Source: an uncultured bacterium (GTDB lineage: Bacteria > Verrucomicrobiota > Verrucomicrobiia > Limisphaerales > UBA8199). From it: a stretch of 64,000 bases of DNA. Positions 18,953 through 29,530 of this stretch are shown piece after piece. The notes under the pieces are model-generated. The model worked only from the letters and a program-made list of their open reading frames with translations, had not been told where the DNA came from and made no database searches. Each line of letters begins with the position of its first letter. Position 1 is the stretch's first letter. Position numbers and translations under genes: made by a program. The stretch covers positions 352,001 to 416,000 of the forward strand of contig CAVVMW010000005.1 in NCBI GenBank assembly GCA_963749495.1, written 5' to 3'.

Positions 18953-21028
18953 CTAGTGACTAGACCGCAGGGCAGGGCCTTCCTGCTTCCAGGTGCAGCG
19001 GTAGTTGAACCGGCGATTGGGCGCACTGTCACCGGCGGTGCAGAGGGAGATGGGGTCCTTGAGATCGGCGGGGTTGTCGCACCAATGGAAATCGAACGTG
19101 ATGGCGTCGCCCGTCAAACCCAGGAGCTTGCGCGGCACGGCCAGTTCCAGGGCTTTGCCCGAGTAGCGGTAGTCCAACCGGGCGACCTCGACCCACGGAC
19201 CGCCCGGGGCATTCGCGTCGTAGCGCTGGAGGGTCGTGGTCTTCTCGTCCACCACGCGCTGGTTGATGAGGAAATCATAGCCGCACCAGCCGGTGTTGGG
19301 ATTGTGGTCGGCATCAATCAACAAAAGCATCCAGTTCTTGCCCGTGTGCGGGGTAAGCGCCTCATTGGCCTCCACGTAGAAATAGACCATGCTGCGGTCC
19401 ACGGCCACCTTGCAGGTGACGATGTCGTTGCGGCCCAAGTCGTTCGTGTAATGAAGCCCGCCGTAACCCGGGCAGTCGCGGTGGACCGTATCGCCGACGG
19501 TATCGCGGTACTCGACCTCAAGTCCCGCCCAGTCCGAAAACTCCCCGTCGATCTTGATGGGGTGTAGTCCGTGCAATTCCGGCATGGGGCGAACGCCCTT
19601 GTAACGCCGGATGTTCTGGGCCATCTGCATGTAGTAATTGTCCGTGTAGCCGCCTTTCATCGGTTGAAGGGTGCGGTTGAATTCGGCATCGTACTGGTCC
19701 ACGAAAAAGTAAGTGCTGTCCCGGCGCATGAACTTGGTGGTGCCCCCTCCCGGCGGCGGGTATTTGCCGGCGGTCCATTCGTTCCAGTCGTTGAGGTAAA
19801 GGAACTCCGGGTCGCCCGCGATCGCTTCGTCCCAGCGTTGCTGGAAGTATATACCGTAGCCCTCGGGATGCTCGACTTTCTTGCCCAGCCACGGCACATA
19901 GGTCGGCAGCGGCAGGTCGTATTCGTTCAAGGCCGGCTCGCCGCCCGACGCGGTCCAGGACTTGCCGATGAGGCTCGAGGGATGCTGCGCGGGCGTTACC
20001 GCCGCCTCTTCCTTGCGGCCCTGGTGCCGCGACACCCGTTCGTCCGCGCTCAGCGCGCGCACGCGTTGGTCGCCCAGGTCCAACCCGAAACTCCAGTTGT
20101 CTTCCGTGCCGACAAAGCGTTTGCCGGCCCATTCGAAGTACCCCCACCACATCGTCCGCAGTGTGAAGAACCCCTTCACCTCTTTGGTGTAGTCCTTGTA
20201 AAATGCTTCAGTGTAATCGGGATCGCCAAAGTGCGGGTGCTTGGGGTCGGTCTTGGCGGCCGCCTCGAAGTGCGGATTCGGGTTTTGCACGCCTGGGCCG
20301 TTGGCGTCGAAGCCTGGGGTGCCATTGTAAAGCAAGAGCGGTTTGCCGTCCCAAAGAAACCAAAGGTCCTTGTATTTCTCGACCTTGTAAATCCGGTCGT
20401 ACAAGTCCTGCACGACTGTAATCACCGGGCCGTTGAAGGCCCAGAAGCAGAACTGAGGCACCTGGTTGCCCTCGGCCTTCATCCTTCGCATCACGGCGAA
20501 AATGGCCTCCCATTCGTCCCAGTAGCGGACGGCATTGGTGACATCCACCACGAGGACGTCGACTCCCGCATCTGCGAGCATCGACATGTCTCTGCGGATG
20601 ACATATTCATCCTTGCTCAGGAAATAGCCCATCTCCGGCTCGCCCCAATGGTAAGAGCCCTCGGTCCAGAGCGGATGTTTGGCATCCAGGCGCGCCTTGG
20701 GGTCGCCGGCGAGCACGCGGCTCACGTCGGCGCGGTACGGGGGCTTGAGGCCGGCCAGCGAATCGCTGTGCCAAGTGATATAGAAGATCCCCACGACGCG
20801 TCGGTGGTCGTGCTTGACCGGTCCCACCTCGGAGAGGGCGGGCATGGTTCGTCCGAGCGCATCCGTGGCCACCCAGGTGTCGGGGTAGAGGTCGCGATAG
20901 CCGGCTTCCGCGGCGCGCGCACCGCCCGAAGGGCCACCCGGGCTCAACCAGAGCAGTGCCAGGAACAGGCCTGGCAACACCCTCCAGGCAGAACGGAGCT
21001 GAATATGAACGGCATTCATGTGGTACAA
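18953..21028 (-). CDS. Secreted glycoside hydrolase, GH71/GH99-like
   Basis: Signal peptide; VGIFYITWH, HWGEPEMGY, LADAGVD..VVD.TN, NDWNEW. Confidence 0.65.
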   Translation of the reverse strand: MYHMNAVHIQLRSAWRVLPGLFLALLWLSPGGPSGGARAAEAGYRDLYPDTWVATDALGRTMPALSEVGPVKHDHRRVVGIFYITWHSDSLAGLKPPYRADVSRVLAGDPKARLDAKHPLWTEGSYHWGEPEMGYFLSKDEYVIRRDMSMLADAGVDVLVVDVTNAVRYWDEWEAIFAVMRRMKAEGNQVPQFCFWAFNGPVITVVQDLYDRIYKVEKYKDLWFLWDGKPLLLYNGTPGFDANGPGVQNPNPHFEAAAKTDPKHPHFGDPDYTEAFYKDYTKEVKGFFTLRTMWWGYFEWAGKRFVGTEDNWSFGLDLGDQRVRALSADERVSRHQGRKEEAAVTPAQHPSSLIGKSWTASGGEPALNEYDLPLPTYVPWLGKKVEHPEGYGIYFQQRWDEAIAGDPEFLYLNDWNEWTAGKYPPPGGGTTKFMRRDSTYFFVDQYDAEFNRTLQPMKGGYTDNYYMQMAQNIRRYKGVRPMPELHGLHPIKIDGEFSDWAGLEVEYRDTVGDTVHRDCPGYGGLHYTNDLGRNDIVTCKVAVDRSMVYFYVEANEALTPHTGKNWMLLLIDADHNPNTGWCGYDFLINQRVVDEKTTTLQRYDANAPGGPWVEVARLDYRYSGKALELAVPRKLLGLTGDAITFDFHWCDNPADLKDPISLCTAGDSAPNRRFNYRCTWKQEGPALRSSH

Positions 21029-21055
21029 TTGTCGGACCGACTATACAGATTGTCG

Positions 21056-22015
21056 TCAACGCACCTGGGCTCTGGCGTGCAGGGCCTCGAGCTCGGCATT
21101 GACCTGTTTCATGCGAGTGGTGAGCGTTTCCCACGGGGACCCGTCTATTTTCACCACGCCGTAGTTGCTGTTCTCACCGTCGAGGCGGCGGCCTTCCTTG
21201 GGCTGGTCGCGGTACTGGAACCAGTGGTAACCCACACACCCCGGCAAAGCGGCCAGAGCCCCCACGTAACCGGCGAATCCTTTGGCACGGTCTTCCTGGG
21301 TGGCCACCGGCTTGGCCGCTCCTCTGGTGTTGGGCAATCCGCTGTCCATGGCTTTGAAACTGAATTCAGGGTACTGTTCCAGCAGGCTATCGGTCCCTCG
21401 CCAATCGGCGCCCCAGCGCAGTTCGTTATCCGTGAAGTAGCCGAGCACCCGCGGATCTTTGGCGCGCGGGGCGCAGATTCTTTGCGCCGCGCGGTCGGCC
21501 GCCTGTTGGAACCCGGGACTGAAATAGTCAATGACTCCGCCCTTGAGCCAGACATCGCGCCCGGCGGATGCCGCCACATCAACCATCGGAGCATAAGCCA
21601 GGCCGGCGGTGTAAAGTTGGGGCGATGACCACGCGCCCAGGGTATTGAAGTTCCAGCCGCGCAACTGCTCGGCAGTGGTTTTCGCCCACGCCGCCGGATC
21701 GTCGGGGGCCTTCGGCGCGGAACCGGACTCCGGCGTGAGATCAACGTGGTCGACCCCTTTGGAGAAAAACGCGTTCCCCTCCGGTGAGATCAGCCACCAT
21801 CGGCCTTGAATCTGCTCGGTGTGAAAAAAGCCGGTCTTCTTGCCTTTCAACTCCAGCCAGCCATCATAGGAGTCGTGGCTGGCGGCGTACGACTGGCAAA
21901 AAAAGAGCATCAGAGCGAGAAGTGTGTATTGTGCGCGGCCAGCTACAGCCGATGATCGGATGCTCCTTGCTTGAGCCCCGGCAAGAAAGGGAGAGTTGTT
22001 TATTGACGCGCTCAT
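21056..22015 (-). pseudogene. GH50/agarase-like glycoside hydrolase with an apparent in-frame internal deletion
   Basis: TGFFH, RWWLISPEG, WNFNTLGAWS, GYFTDNEL, then almost directly EFSFKA and VGYHWFQYRDQ; only ~17 residues separate the two putative catalytic Glu motifs. Confidence 0.6.
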
Positions 22016-22075
22016 TTTTCGGTGTTTTTGCGTGTTCTACTCCAAAGCCGCCCCGCTGCCAACTCAATTAACCAC

Positions 22076-22210
22076 CGATCTGTCCCCGGCAGCGCTCGGA
22101 CTCATTGACGCGGCTCCAGAGGGAGAAGTGTGCGTCTCGGCGATGTCCGTGGCCGAATTGGCCTGTCTGCAAGAGCGCGGGAGAATTACGCTGAAGCACC
22201 ACTGGCATTT
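22076..22210 (+). pseudogene. Internal fragment of a PIN toxin
   Basis: LSPAALGLID...VCVSAMSVAELACLQERGRI. Confidence 0.55.
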
Positions 22211-22372
22211 TCCCCGTGATAACCGAAGGGTGCGATCTGGCTTGATTGAGACGCGATCCAACCACCCCTTCAAACAGATCCCGCTCGCCCTGTTGGCCGC
22301 CATTCTCCTGTCCACCACGGTGCGCTTGCCACGGTCGGCAGGGTTCGTGTTCAATCGCCCTCTTCAATTCTG

Positions 22373-24051
22373 GACTGGTCAGCAGAATGTATGGGTAAGT
22401 CGAGGCTCAGGTAAGCGGCCAAGGCAATGATACAGGGCCAATTCCATGGCTGGATAGGTGCGGAAGCCGTAAGATCGTCTGGTTACCACTCGAATCTTGT
22501 TGTTCAGGCCCTCGACGGCGGCGCTGGAGAGCTCACCTTTGGCCTCGAACCAATTCAAGATCAACGGCTCATGGGCGCGCAGCATCCGGGCCACCTTCTT
22601 CATTGGTTCGAGCCGGCTGCGCATGGCTCGAGCGCACCAATAACCCAGATAGGCCACCACATAGATCGGAGAACGGTAGTGCCAAAGGTAGTCGAAGCTC
22701 TCCTTGAGGTTCCAGGCCCGTGCCGTCGCCAGCTTGCTGGCCAACAGGGCGTTGAGCTTGGAGCGGGCACGGCCCCGCACCCGGCTGCCCCGGCGCAACA
22801 ACTGCCAGCGCATGCCCTTGAGCCGCTGAGCCAGGGGCCGGCCGTGCAAGCGCGACTGCTCGCCCCGGCGCACCTCGTCCACCGCCTCGTTGAGGTGCCC
22901 CACGATATGAAAGCGGTCCAGCACGTTGAGCGCCTGCGGTATCTTGGCCGCGATCACCTTCAGGTAGGGCTTCCACATGTCGCTGCACACATACTTCAGA
23001 GCGCTGACCACCGGGGCTCCCAATTCTGCCAAGCCCCGCCGCAACGTGGCTTGAGTGCGCCGCCGACCCAGCCACAGCAAGCGCCGACAGTGGGGGTCAA
23101 TCTGGTAAATCACCGTCAGGAAGTTGTCGGCCTTCTGGCCCTTGCCCCAATGGATCTCGTCCACTCCGATGGCCTCCACACCCTCCAGGCGCCGGTGCTC
23201 CAAACCCCATTGGACGAACCACTGCACCGAACGGTAAACGGCCTCCCAACTGGTGTGGAAGGCCTGGGCGGTTTCCTTCCAGGACAGCCGCCGGGCCCAC
23301 CGGGCCAAGAGGCCCATCATCGCCGTCGTCACCGGCCGCTTGCCCTGGCTCCAGGGGATATGCTCGACAACCACCCCGTCCTGCGGACAATTGACCCGCC
23401 GCGGGGGGTAGAGGAAATAGGTCTTGACGCCCCACATCGGCGGAAACAGCCAGGACCGCTGGGGCAACTGATCATAGCCGGGGACTGGCTGCAGGCACCG
23501 GGAGCACTTGGCGGGAATGCCGCCATGGGGTTGGAGGGTGATCTCGAGCCGCCGGCCACGGCCTCGGCGGTCCCGGCACAAGCGGATGTCCTGGTAAACG
23601 AAGCCCACAAAGTGTTGAATGTCGTTGAGAACCGTCTTAACCTTCAATTGCATAGCTGGTCTGCCGCTCGGTGGCGGGCGTGCTTTTCACATCTCGCAGG
23701 CTACCGCAAGCCAGGCAGATCAGCTATCGCTTTGTGGCGCTGGGCAGCCCTCCGAGCCAAGCACACCTTCACCAGCAATTCCTTAGCGGCGCATCATGGC
23801 GGAGGGCGGGGCTGTCAAGGTGGAGCGCAGCAGGGCACGAGGGCACGTGGCGAGCAATACCTTGACAGCCCCGCCCGGAGCCATACCCTGGCCGCGCCGG
23901 AATTGCTTGAAGTCCTTCTCCGGCCGTTAGGCCGCTCGATTCGTCGCGGAGCGTGCCGCGGGATGTTCCACGACCGCCCAACTCACCAACGTCAACCCTC
24001 CGAACTGAACACGTGTCCAGATGTTTCACCCACAAATTGTGCGGGGGACCC
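22373..24051 (-). mobile_element. ISL3-family insertion sequence
   Basis: 8-bp direct repeat CAATTCTG at 22365-22372 and 24052-24059; imperfect terminal IRs (15/24). Confidence 0.9.
22379..23653 (-). CDS. ISL3-family transposase
   Basis: CxxC zinc finger, IGVDEI, CSDMWKPY, LDRFHI, VEGLNNKIR...RRSYGFR. Confidence 0.95.
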   Translation of the reverse strand: MQLKVKTVLNDIQHFVGFVYQDIRLCRDRRGRGRRLEITLQPHGGIPAKCSRCLQPVPGYDQLPQRSWLFPPMWGVKTYFLYPPRRVNCPQDGVVVEHIPWSQGKRPVTTAMMGLLARWARRLSWKETAQAFHTSWEAVYRSVQWFVQWGLEHRRLEGVEAIGVDEIHWGKGQKADNFLTVIYQIDPHCRRLLWLGRRRTQATLRRGLAELGAPVVSALKYVCSDMWKPYLKVIAAKIPQALNVLDRFHIVGHLNEAVDEVRRGEQSRLHGRPLAQRLKGMRWQLLRRGSRVRGRARSKLNALLASKLATARAWNLKESFDYLWHYRSPIYVVAYLGYWCARAMRSRLEPMKKVARMLRAHEPLILNWFEAKGELSSAAVEGLNNKIRVVTRRSYGFRTYPAMELALYHCLGRLPEPRLTHTFC

Positions 24052-25582
24052 CAATTCTGAAGGCATAGGCCATGCTGACCGGGCGGCGCGCCTGTTCCTG
24101 CAATGCGGCCGGAATCTTGATGACCAAACCGGCGCCGCTGGCCTGGCTCCACTCAAGTGGCTCAGTTATTCCCAGCAAGCTTATGCTGGAACCCTCCTTC
24201 GCGCGAACCGACTTCAGGGTGAGGATTTGCCCGGGCCATTGCAGACATACAGCATAAACAAAACGATTGTCCTTGGTCCGGGTAAAACGGACGCCTTCGC
24301 CCTCTTTCCACAGGCCATCCGAGCGCGGCCGGGTGGCGTAAATCGCCTCACCGTTGATCCGCAGCCAGGCGCCGGTGTTCTCCAGCGCTTCAACCGCTTT
24401 GGGATGGAATTTGCCGCGCGCGTCCGGGCCGATGCCCACCATGAAGTTGCCGCCTTTGGCGACCACGTCCACCAGGTTCGTGACGATCCAACGCGCTCCC
24501 TTGTATTTCGTTGCGTCGGGCTGGTAACTCCACATGCCGCCCAATTGGTAAATCACCATCCAGGGCATCGTGGTGTTTTCCTTTGAACCCGGCACGAACC
24601 CCTCCGGCGTGTAGTAATCGCCGTAGTTGCCGATGCCCCGGGCGCGGAACATGACCTCGGGCTGGAGCTTGCGCAGTTGCTTTATCGTCTCCCGCAGTTG
24701 CGGCCAGACCGCCGGTCCGAGCCATTGGTCGAGGCAAACCAAGTCGATTTTGCCGTAGCGGGTGAGCAACTCGGTCAGTTGCGCGCGGTGACGGGCCATC
24801 ATACGTTCCACTTCCGCCGGCGTCGGCCTGGGCGTAACCAAGGGGTTCTTGATTTGCCTGCCCTCCCCGGCACGAGCCCCGAATTTTTCCGGTTCATCCA
24901 CCTGGACGGGATCAAGGGCATAAGGCCGGAAATCGGCATCATACCAGTCCGGATGGGAGAAATAGAGGTCAATCCGGATGCCGCGCCGATGAGCGGCGTC
25001 GCACAACTCTTTGACGATGTCGCGCTTGAAGGGGCTTTCCATGATGCTATAGGCGAGATCGCACTCCTCCAGGCTGGGGCCGCCGGGAGCGGTCCAGTTC
25101 ACGCGGCTTTTGACGCGGGTTTGGGTATCGAACATCGAGAAGCCGTCGTGGTGCTTGGTGGTGAAGGCAAACACCTTGAGCCCGGCTCGCTGGAAAAGGT
25201 CCATCCATTCATCGGCGTTGAAGTTGGCCGGGTTGAAGCTCCGGTTGAGTTGCTGATAGGCCTGCCGTTTCTCGTTGGAGTAATTGAGCAAAGGCCAGGA
25301 CTCGCCCGTTTCCCACAGGGAATAAACGCCCCAATGAATGCGCACGCCGAACTTCATGTCCCGGAAGGCCTCCCGGGCGGCCTCGGAGGCTTGATGATAA
25401 TCCGGGTCGGGGATGTCTTCGACATAATCCTTGACGCGCTTGTAATGAGAATCGCTGGCGGGCAGCTTGACGAAGCTATTGGAACCGCCCGGGGACTGGT
25501 CGGCGGCGGCAAAGGCACTCTGACCGGCCACCAACAGCGCCGCCGCCATGGCGTGGGCCAGGAACATTTTGCAGGTCATCAT
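24026..25582 (-). CDS. Alpha-L-fucosidase (GH29); C-terminus replaced by ISL3 sequence
   Basis: KFGVRIHWG, TTKHHDGF, YFSHPDW, KGGNFMVGIGP, WLRINGEAIY.TRP. Confidence 0.92.
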   Translation of the reverse strand: MMTCKMFLAHAMAAALLVAGQSAFAAADQSPGGSNSFVKLPASDSHYKRVKDYVEDIPDPDYHQASEAAREAFRDMKFGVRIHWGVYSLWETGESWPLLNYSNEKRQAYQQLNRSFNPANFNADEWMDLFQRAGLKVFAFTTKHHDGFSMFDTQTRVKSRVNWTAPGGPSLEECDLAYSIMESPFKRDIVKELCDAAHRRGIRIDLYFSHPDWYDADFRPYALDPVQVDEPEKFGARAGEGRQIKNPLVTPRPTPAEVERMMARHRAQLTELLTRYGKIDLVCLDQWLGPAVWPQLRETIKQLRKLQPEVMFRARGIGNYGDYYTPEGFVPGSKENTTMPWMVIYQLGGMWSYQPDATKYKGARWIVTNLVDVVAKGGNFMVGIGPDARGKFHPKAVEALENTGAWLRINGEAIYATRPRSDGLWKEGEGVRFTRTKDNRFVYAVCLQWPGQILTLKSVRAKEGSSISLLGITEPLEWSQASGAGLVIKIPAALQEQARRPVSMAYAFRIGVPRTICG

Positions 25583-25680
25583 TTCATGGGAGTATGAATC
25601 CTCTTGCGCTACTTTGCGACCATCAAAACGAGGTTTCTTTGTGATCTCTGCGCTCTTTGCGGTTAAATCTGATAGGGGCT

Positions 25681-25843
25681 CTAAGGGATTTGGTCGGCAC
25701 AGGGATACTGCGGACGTCGGACATGACAGGGCTTGTGACCTGTCCGCCGCATTAACCGGGATCGCCGGCCACTCTGCGATTATGGGGTTGCCACGCTGGC
25801 CGGTTTCGGCACATTCAGGCCATGCGGAAGCGGGCTTATCTCG
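25681..25843 (+). repeat. Element A (copy 2) with an MRKRAY stub
   Basis: Similar to 16999-17161; HEAT gene absent after about 9 codons. Confidence 0.75.
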
Positions 25844-25848
25844 CCGCT

Positions 25849-26117
25849 GCCGCATTACAAGTCGCCCCTGATTCCTTGCGCGCTTGTCCTCTGCGATTCC
25901 TGCCCTGCTTCTTCTCGGCGAGCAGCTTGAAGGCGGCCAGATCGTCCTCGGTCAGACCCAGGGCAACCAGAGCTTGCGCACGGGTGATCGCCTGCGCCGA
26001 CATCTTGGGCTTGACCATCCGCACGGTGCCCGTGCTCTTGCGCATTTCGCCCAGATCAGGGATATACCCCTGCTGCGCGGCAGATTGCAGCCAGGCCGTG
26101 GCGAGGATCAGGCGGTT
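25849..26117 (-). repeat. Element B (copy 2)
   Basis: Similar to 17903-18168. Confidence 0.75.
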
Positions 26118-26625
26118 TGGCCAATCGATGGTTGACTGTATAGGACCCATTGGAGAAAACTCCGTCCGTATGCGCAAATCTAGGCCGAGACGGTGTATGA
26201 AATGGCGGAGGAGAATCACGTTCGTGCTACTGCTCTTGGGACTCAGCGCGCTGGCCAACTCGGCGTCGGCCAGTGCCGTTGGTCCCTCGGCCCAAGCCAC
26301 AGCCTCCGATAACGGGACGCTTCCCTGCAATTTGGCTATTTCAGCCCGGATTGGCCCAAGGGACTCGGGGACGGTTCGTTTGACCTGCTGGGCAACCCGC
26401 CCCAGATCCTTCAGTTCCCGGCGGCCAGCGTCATGTGGCTGCGCCAGGACGTGCAGGAAGCGGATTTGGTCGCCGAGTCGCTCTATGACCCCGAGAGCGT
26501 CTTCAGCCTGAGCGAGGACCGCAAACCCGTCCCTCTTGCGGCGTAACCGTTCACGGGTTTCGACGCACCGCTTGAGCACATGATCTGAGCAGGCCGTAGA
26601 TTTTGCTGGCGTCACGGAGCGGCCC

Positions 26626-27525
26626 TTGTTAGGGTACGTGGCTGTGGACCAGGATTTAGTGATTAGGCGCCGGGTTATTCGGGAAGCCGACCTGCTGCTC
26701 ATCCGACAGTTGATTGAGGAGGAGGGAGCCCAGGGACGCAGCCATATTTCCAATCGCCTCTGCGAGATGTGGAACTGGCGCCAAGCCAATGGGCGCTTTC
26801 GTCAGATTGCCTGCCGCGAACTGCTCCGTCGGCTGGAAGCGCACGGACTGATCGAGTTGCCTCCGAAGCTCTGCGAGGCCCGACGAGCAGGTTATCGCAA
26901 CCGAAGCTCGACCCCCGAGCTACTGGATTGCCTGCCGTTGACGGGCAGGCTGCGCGAGTTCCAAAACCAGATCGGCCTTCAGTTAGTCGAGCCGTCCCAG
27001 CAGTTGGCCCTCTACCGTGGACTGGTCGGAACGTATCACTACCTGGGCTATCAACAGGCCACCGGAGCGCAACTCCGATATATTGCTTACTTCCAGGAGC
27101 GCCCGATTGCCTGCCTGAGCTTTGGTCCGGCCGCCTGGAAGATCGGGGCCCGCGATCAGTTCATTGGTTGGTCGGCGCAAGCGCGGCAGCAAAACCTTCG
27201 GTGGGTGGTCAACAACGACCGTTTCGTTGTTCTTCCCTGGGTTCAAATCAAGTGCCTGGCTTCGTATCTATTGGGCAGGGCCGTGCGCCAGCTTCCGGGC
27301 GATTGGCCAAGGGTCTACGGTCATGACTTGGCTCTGGTCGAAACGTTCGTGGAAAAGCAGCGCTTTGCCGGGACGGCCTACGCGGCTGCCAATTGGATTT
27401 GCGTTGGGCAAACCCTTGGACGAGGCCGCAATGATCGGACCCACGACCAGGCCGCTCCCATCAAAACGGTTTGGCTGCACCCGTTGCGAGGGGATTTCCG
27501 GGCCTTCCTCTGCCAGGAACCATAG
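26626..27525 (+). CDS. DUF4338 / Druantia DruA-like protein
   Basis: LCEMWNWRQ.NG, YHYLGY, GAQLRY, AAWK...RDQFIGW, NN.RFVVLPW, LVETFV, Y.AANW..VG.T.GRGR. Confidence 0.85.
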   Translation: MLGYVAVDQDLVIRRRVIREADLLLIRQLIEEEGAQGRSHISNRLCEMWNWRQANGRFRQIACRELLRRLEAHGLIELPPKLCEARRAGYRNRSSTPELLDCLPLTGRLREFQNQIGLQLVEPSQQLALYRGLVGTYHYLGYQQATGAQLRYIAYFQERPIACLSFGPAAWKIGARDQFIGWSAQARQQNLRWVVNNDRFVVLPWVQIKCLASYLLGRAVRQLPGDWPRVYGHDLALVETFVEKQRFAGTAYAAANWICVGQTLGRGRNDRTHDQAAPIKTVWLHPLRGDFRAFLCQEP

Positions 27526-27527
27526 CC

Positions 27528-28983
27528 ATGGGCTGGTTCACCGGAAAAAAACGACTGCGCCAGTTGGAGGAGGAAAACGCCCAACTCCGCCAGGACAAGG
27601 CGCGCCTGGAGTCGCGGGTGGCCGAACTCCAAGCCGAAAACGCCCGGCTAATGAATCAACTGGCCGCCGCCCGCAAGCATTCGGGTAACTCCTCCAAACC
27701 GCCCTCCAGCAACATCGTCAAACCCCGGGGGCAGCGGCGCGGGAAAAAGTCCAAGCGGCGCATCGGCGGGCAAAAGGGACATCCCAAACATCAGCGGCCT
27801 GCCTTTGCTCCCGATCAAGTCGATCAACGGATCCCCTTCCGCCTCAAGCAATGTCCGGTCGATCCCTCCCACCGGATTAGCCCGGCGGAGGGACCGGAGC
27901 ACCAACGCACGATCCAACAGGTCGAGTTGGTGGAAAAACCGTTCCGGGTGGTCGAGTCTACGGCTTACAGCATTTGGTGCCAGGACTGCGGCTGCTATCA
28001 CCAGGCCGCCTTGCCCCAGCACATCGTCAAGGCGGGCCTGTTCGGGCCGCGGTTGACGAGCTTGGCCGTCTATCTCAAGGCTAAAATCCATGCTTCCTAC
28101 AGCGGGATTCGAGATTTTTTCCAGGAACGTGGTCGGCGTCAAAGTCTCTCGCGGCTATGCCGCCAAACTCCTGCACAAAGCCAGCCACGCCTTCGCCCAG
28201 CCCTATGGAGAGCTCATCGAACTGCTGCCCCAACAAACTCGCCTCAACACCGATGAGACCGGACACAAAGAGAATGGCCAGCGTTACTGGATCTGGTGTT
28301 TTCGGGCCGCCAGTTTTGTCCTCTTCACGATCGAGCCCTCCCGTGGCACCGAGGTCTTGATGCGTGTCCTGGGCCAAGACTTCAAAGGGATTCTGGGATG
28401 CGATTACTACGCGGCCTACCGCAAATATGCGCGCCAATGTTCCGTGCTGGTCCAGTTCTGTCTGGCCCACTTGATTCGGGACGTCAAATACCTCTGCGAG
28501 TTTCCCGATGCCCAGGTCCAACGCTACGGCCGGGGACTGCTGACCGGCCTCCAAGCCCTGTTCTGGACACTCCACCGTAAGGATCAACTGGGCGCCCGAG
28601 CTTTTGAAGCCCAACTGCAGCAAGCGCACGACCAGATCTGGAAGGCGGCCATTCCCGCCGCAGACGGTCCGTATCACCGGTTGATCTACAACCTGGCCGA
28701 GCGCTTCTATCACCACGGCGAAGCCTACTTCCAGTTCATTACTACTCCGGACATCGAGCCCACCAACAACGTGGTCGAACAGGCCATGCGTTTTGTGGTG
28801 ATGGACCGCCATATTACCCAAGGCACGCGCAGTGCGCGCGGACGACAGATCTGTGAGCGACTTTGGACAGTCATGGCCACTTGCGCCTTACACCAACGCT
28901 CCCCCTTTCAATGGATCTATCAGGCTATCAGCGCCGATTTCAAGGGGTTGAAAGTTCCTTCCTTACTCCTCGATTCATCGTGA
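27528..28983 (+). CDS. IS66 transposase (TnpC), +1 frameshift near 28126
   Basis: Coiled coil plus NSSKPPS, GGQKGH, CxxC, DETG, GCDYY, QFCLAHLIRD, PTNN..EQAMR. Confidence 0.9.
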
Positions 28984-29466
28984 AGGCTCGGTCACATTCT
29001 CGCCGCTCTCTGCTTGCTGGTCTGCGGCTCTGTCCGCTCACGCCCCAATAAACTCCCCCTCCGCCGGGGTAACCTGTGAACGGTTACCTTGCGGCCGCCC
29101 TGGTGGGCAAGGTCGGCTACCGTTTCGTGGAGAAGAACCGTCCGCCGGTGGTGAAGGACATCAGCCCGTATTGGGACGCCAGGAACCTCGTTGCGCGCTC
29201 GCTTACGGGAGAATTGACCTGGGACGCCGGCAAGGGCTTCGTCCGGATCAACTCGCCACGCACCCAGGCGGTCATCGGCTTTCTCTCCGCGGAACGGCAC
29301 ACGCTCAACTCAACGGTGATCGAGAGCCCGACCCATTTCGGCGCCATTTATGTGACCGCGATGGACGGGTATGTCCCCATCGGCGCCACCCGGCAGTTGG
29401 TGATCACCGCGGTCGGACCGGCGCGCAATACCGGGATGGAATACGAAACTAGTGCGCTGCCCTCCC

Positions 29467-29530
29467 GGCTGAACCATGATCAACGTGCCAACTGCAACAA
29501 AAAAGCCGCCCCGAAGAAACTGGGGCGGCT
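29467..29530 (-). terminator. 64-bp repeat containing a rho-independent terminator (copy 1)
   Basis: AGCCGCCCC stem followed by T6 on the minus strand; similar to 32890-32953. Confidence 0.7.

Larger units (their letters stand above)
26543..29087 (+). mobile_element. IS66-family element carrying a DUF4338 gene
   Basis: Terminal IRs GTAACCGTTCAC(G/A)GGTT (16/17); 8-bp target duplication CTTGCGGC at 26535-26542 and 29088-29095. Confidence 0.92.
26197..29455 (+). pseudogene. Secreted glycoside-hydrolase-like gene remnant interrupted by IS66
   Basis: Signal peptide at 26197; removing the IS restores in-frame ...RKPVPLAA|ALVGKVG...SLTGELTWD..INSPRTQAVIG; also internally deleted and 3'-truncated. 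Confidence 0.6.

Noticed and set aside
10853..24586. Long antisense ORFs (10853-12394, 19571-21628, 22427-24586)
   Set aside because: Shadow ORFs opposite well-supported genes, as expected in GC-rich DNA; no recognisable motifs.
26626..27525. Complete Druantia defence system
   Set aside because: No druB-E (including the DruE helicase) in the window; the gene lies inside an IS.
28110..28130. Programmed -1 frameshift at TTTTTTC in the IS66 transposase
   Set aside because: The two ORFs need a +1 shift. One extra A in GGAACGT explains it, as at 16251, so an insertion error or mutation is more likely.
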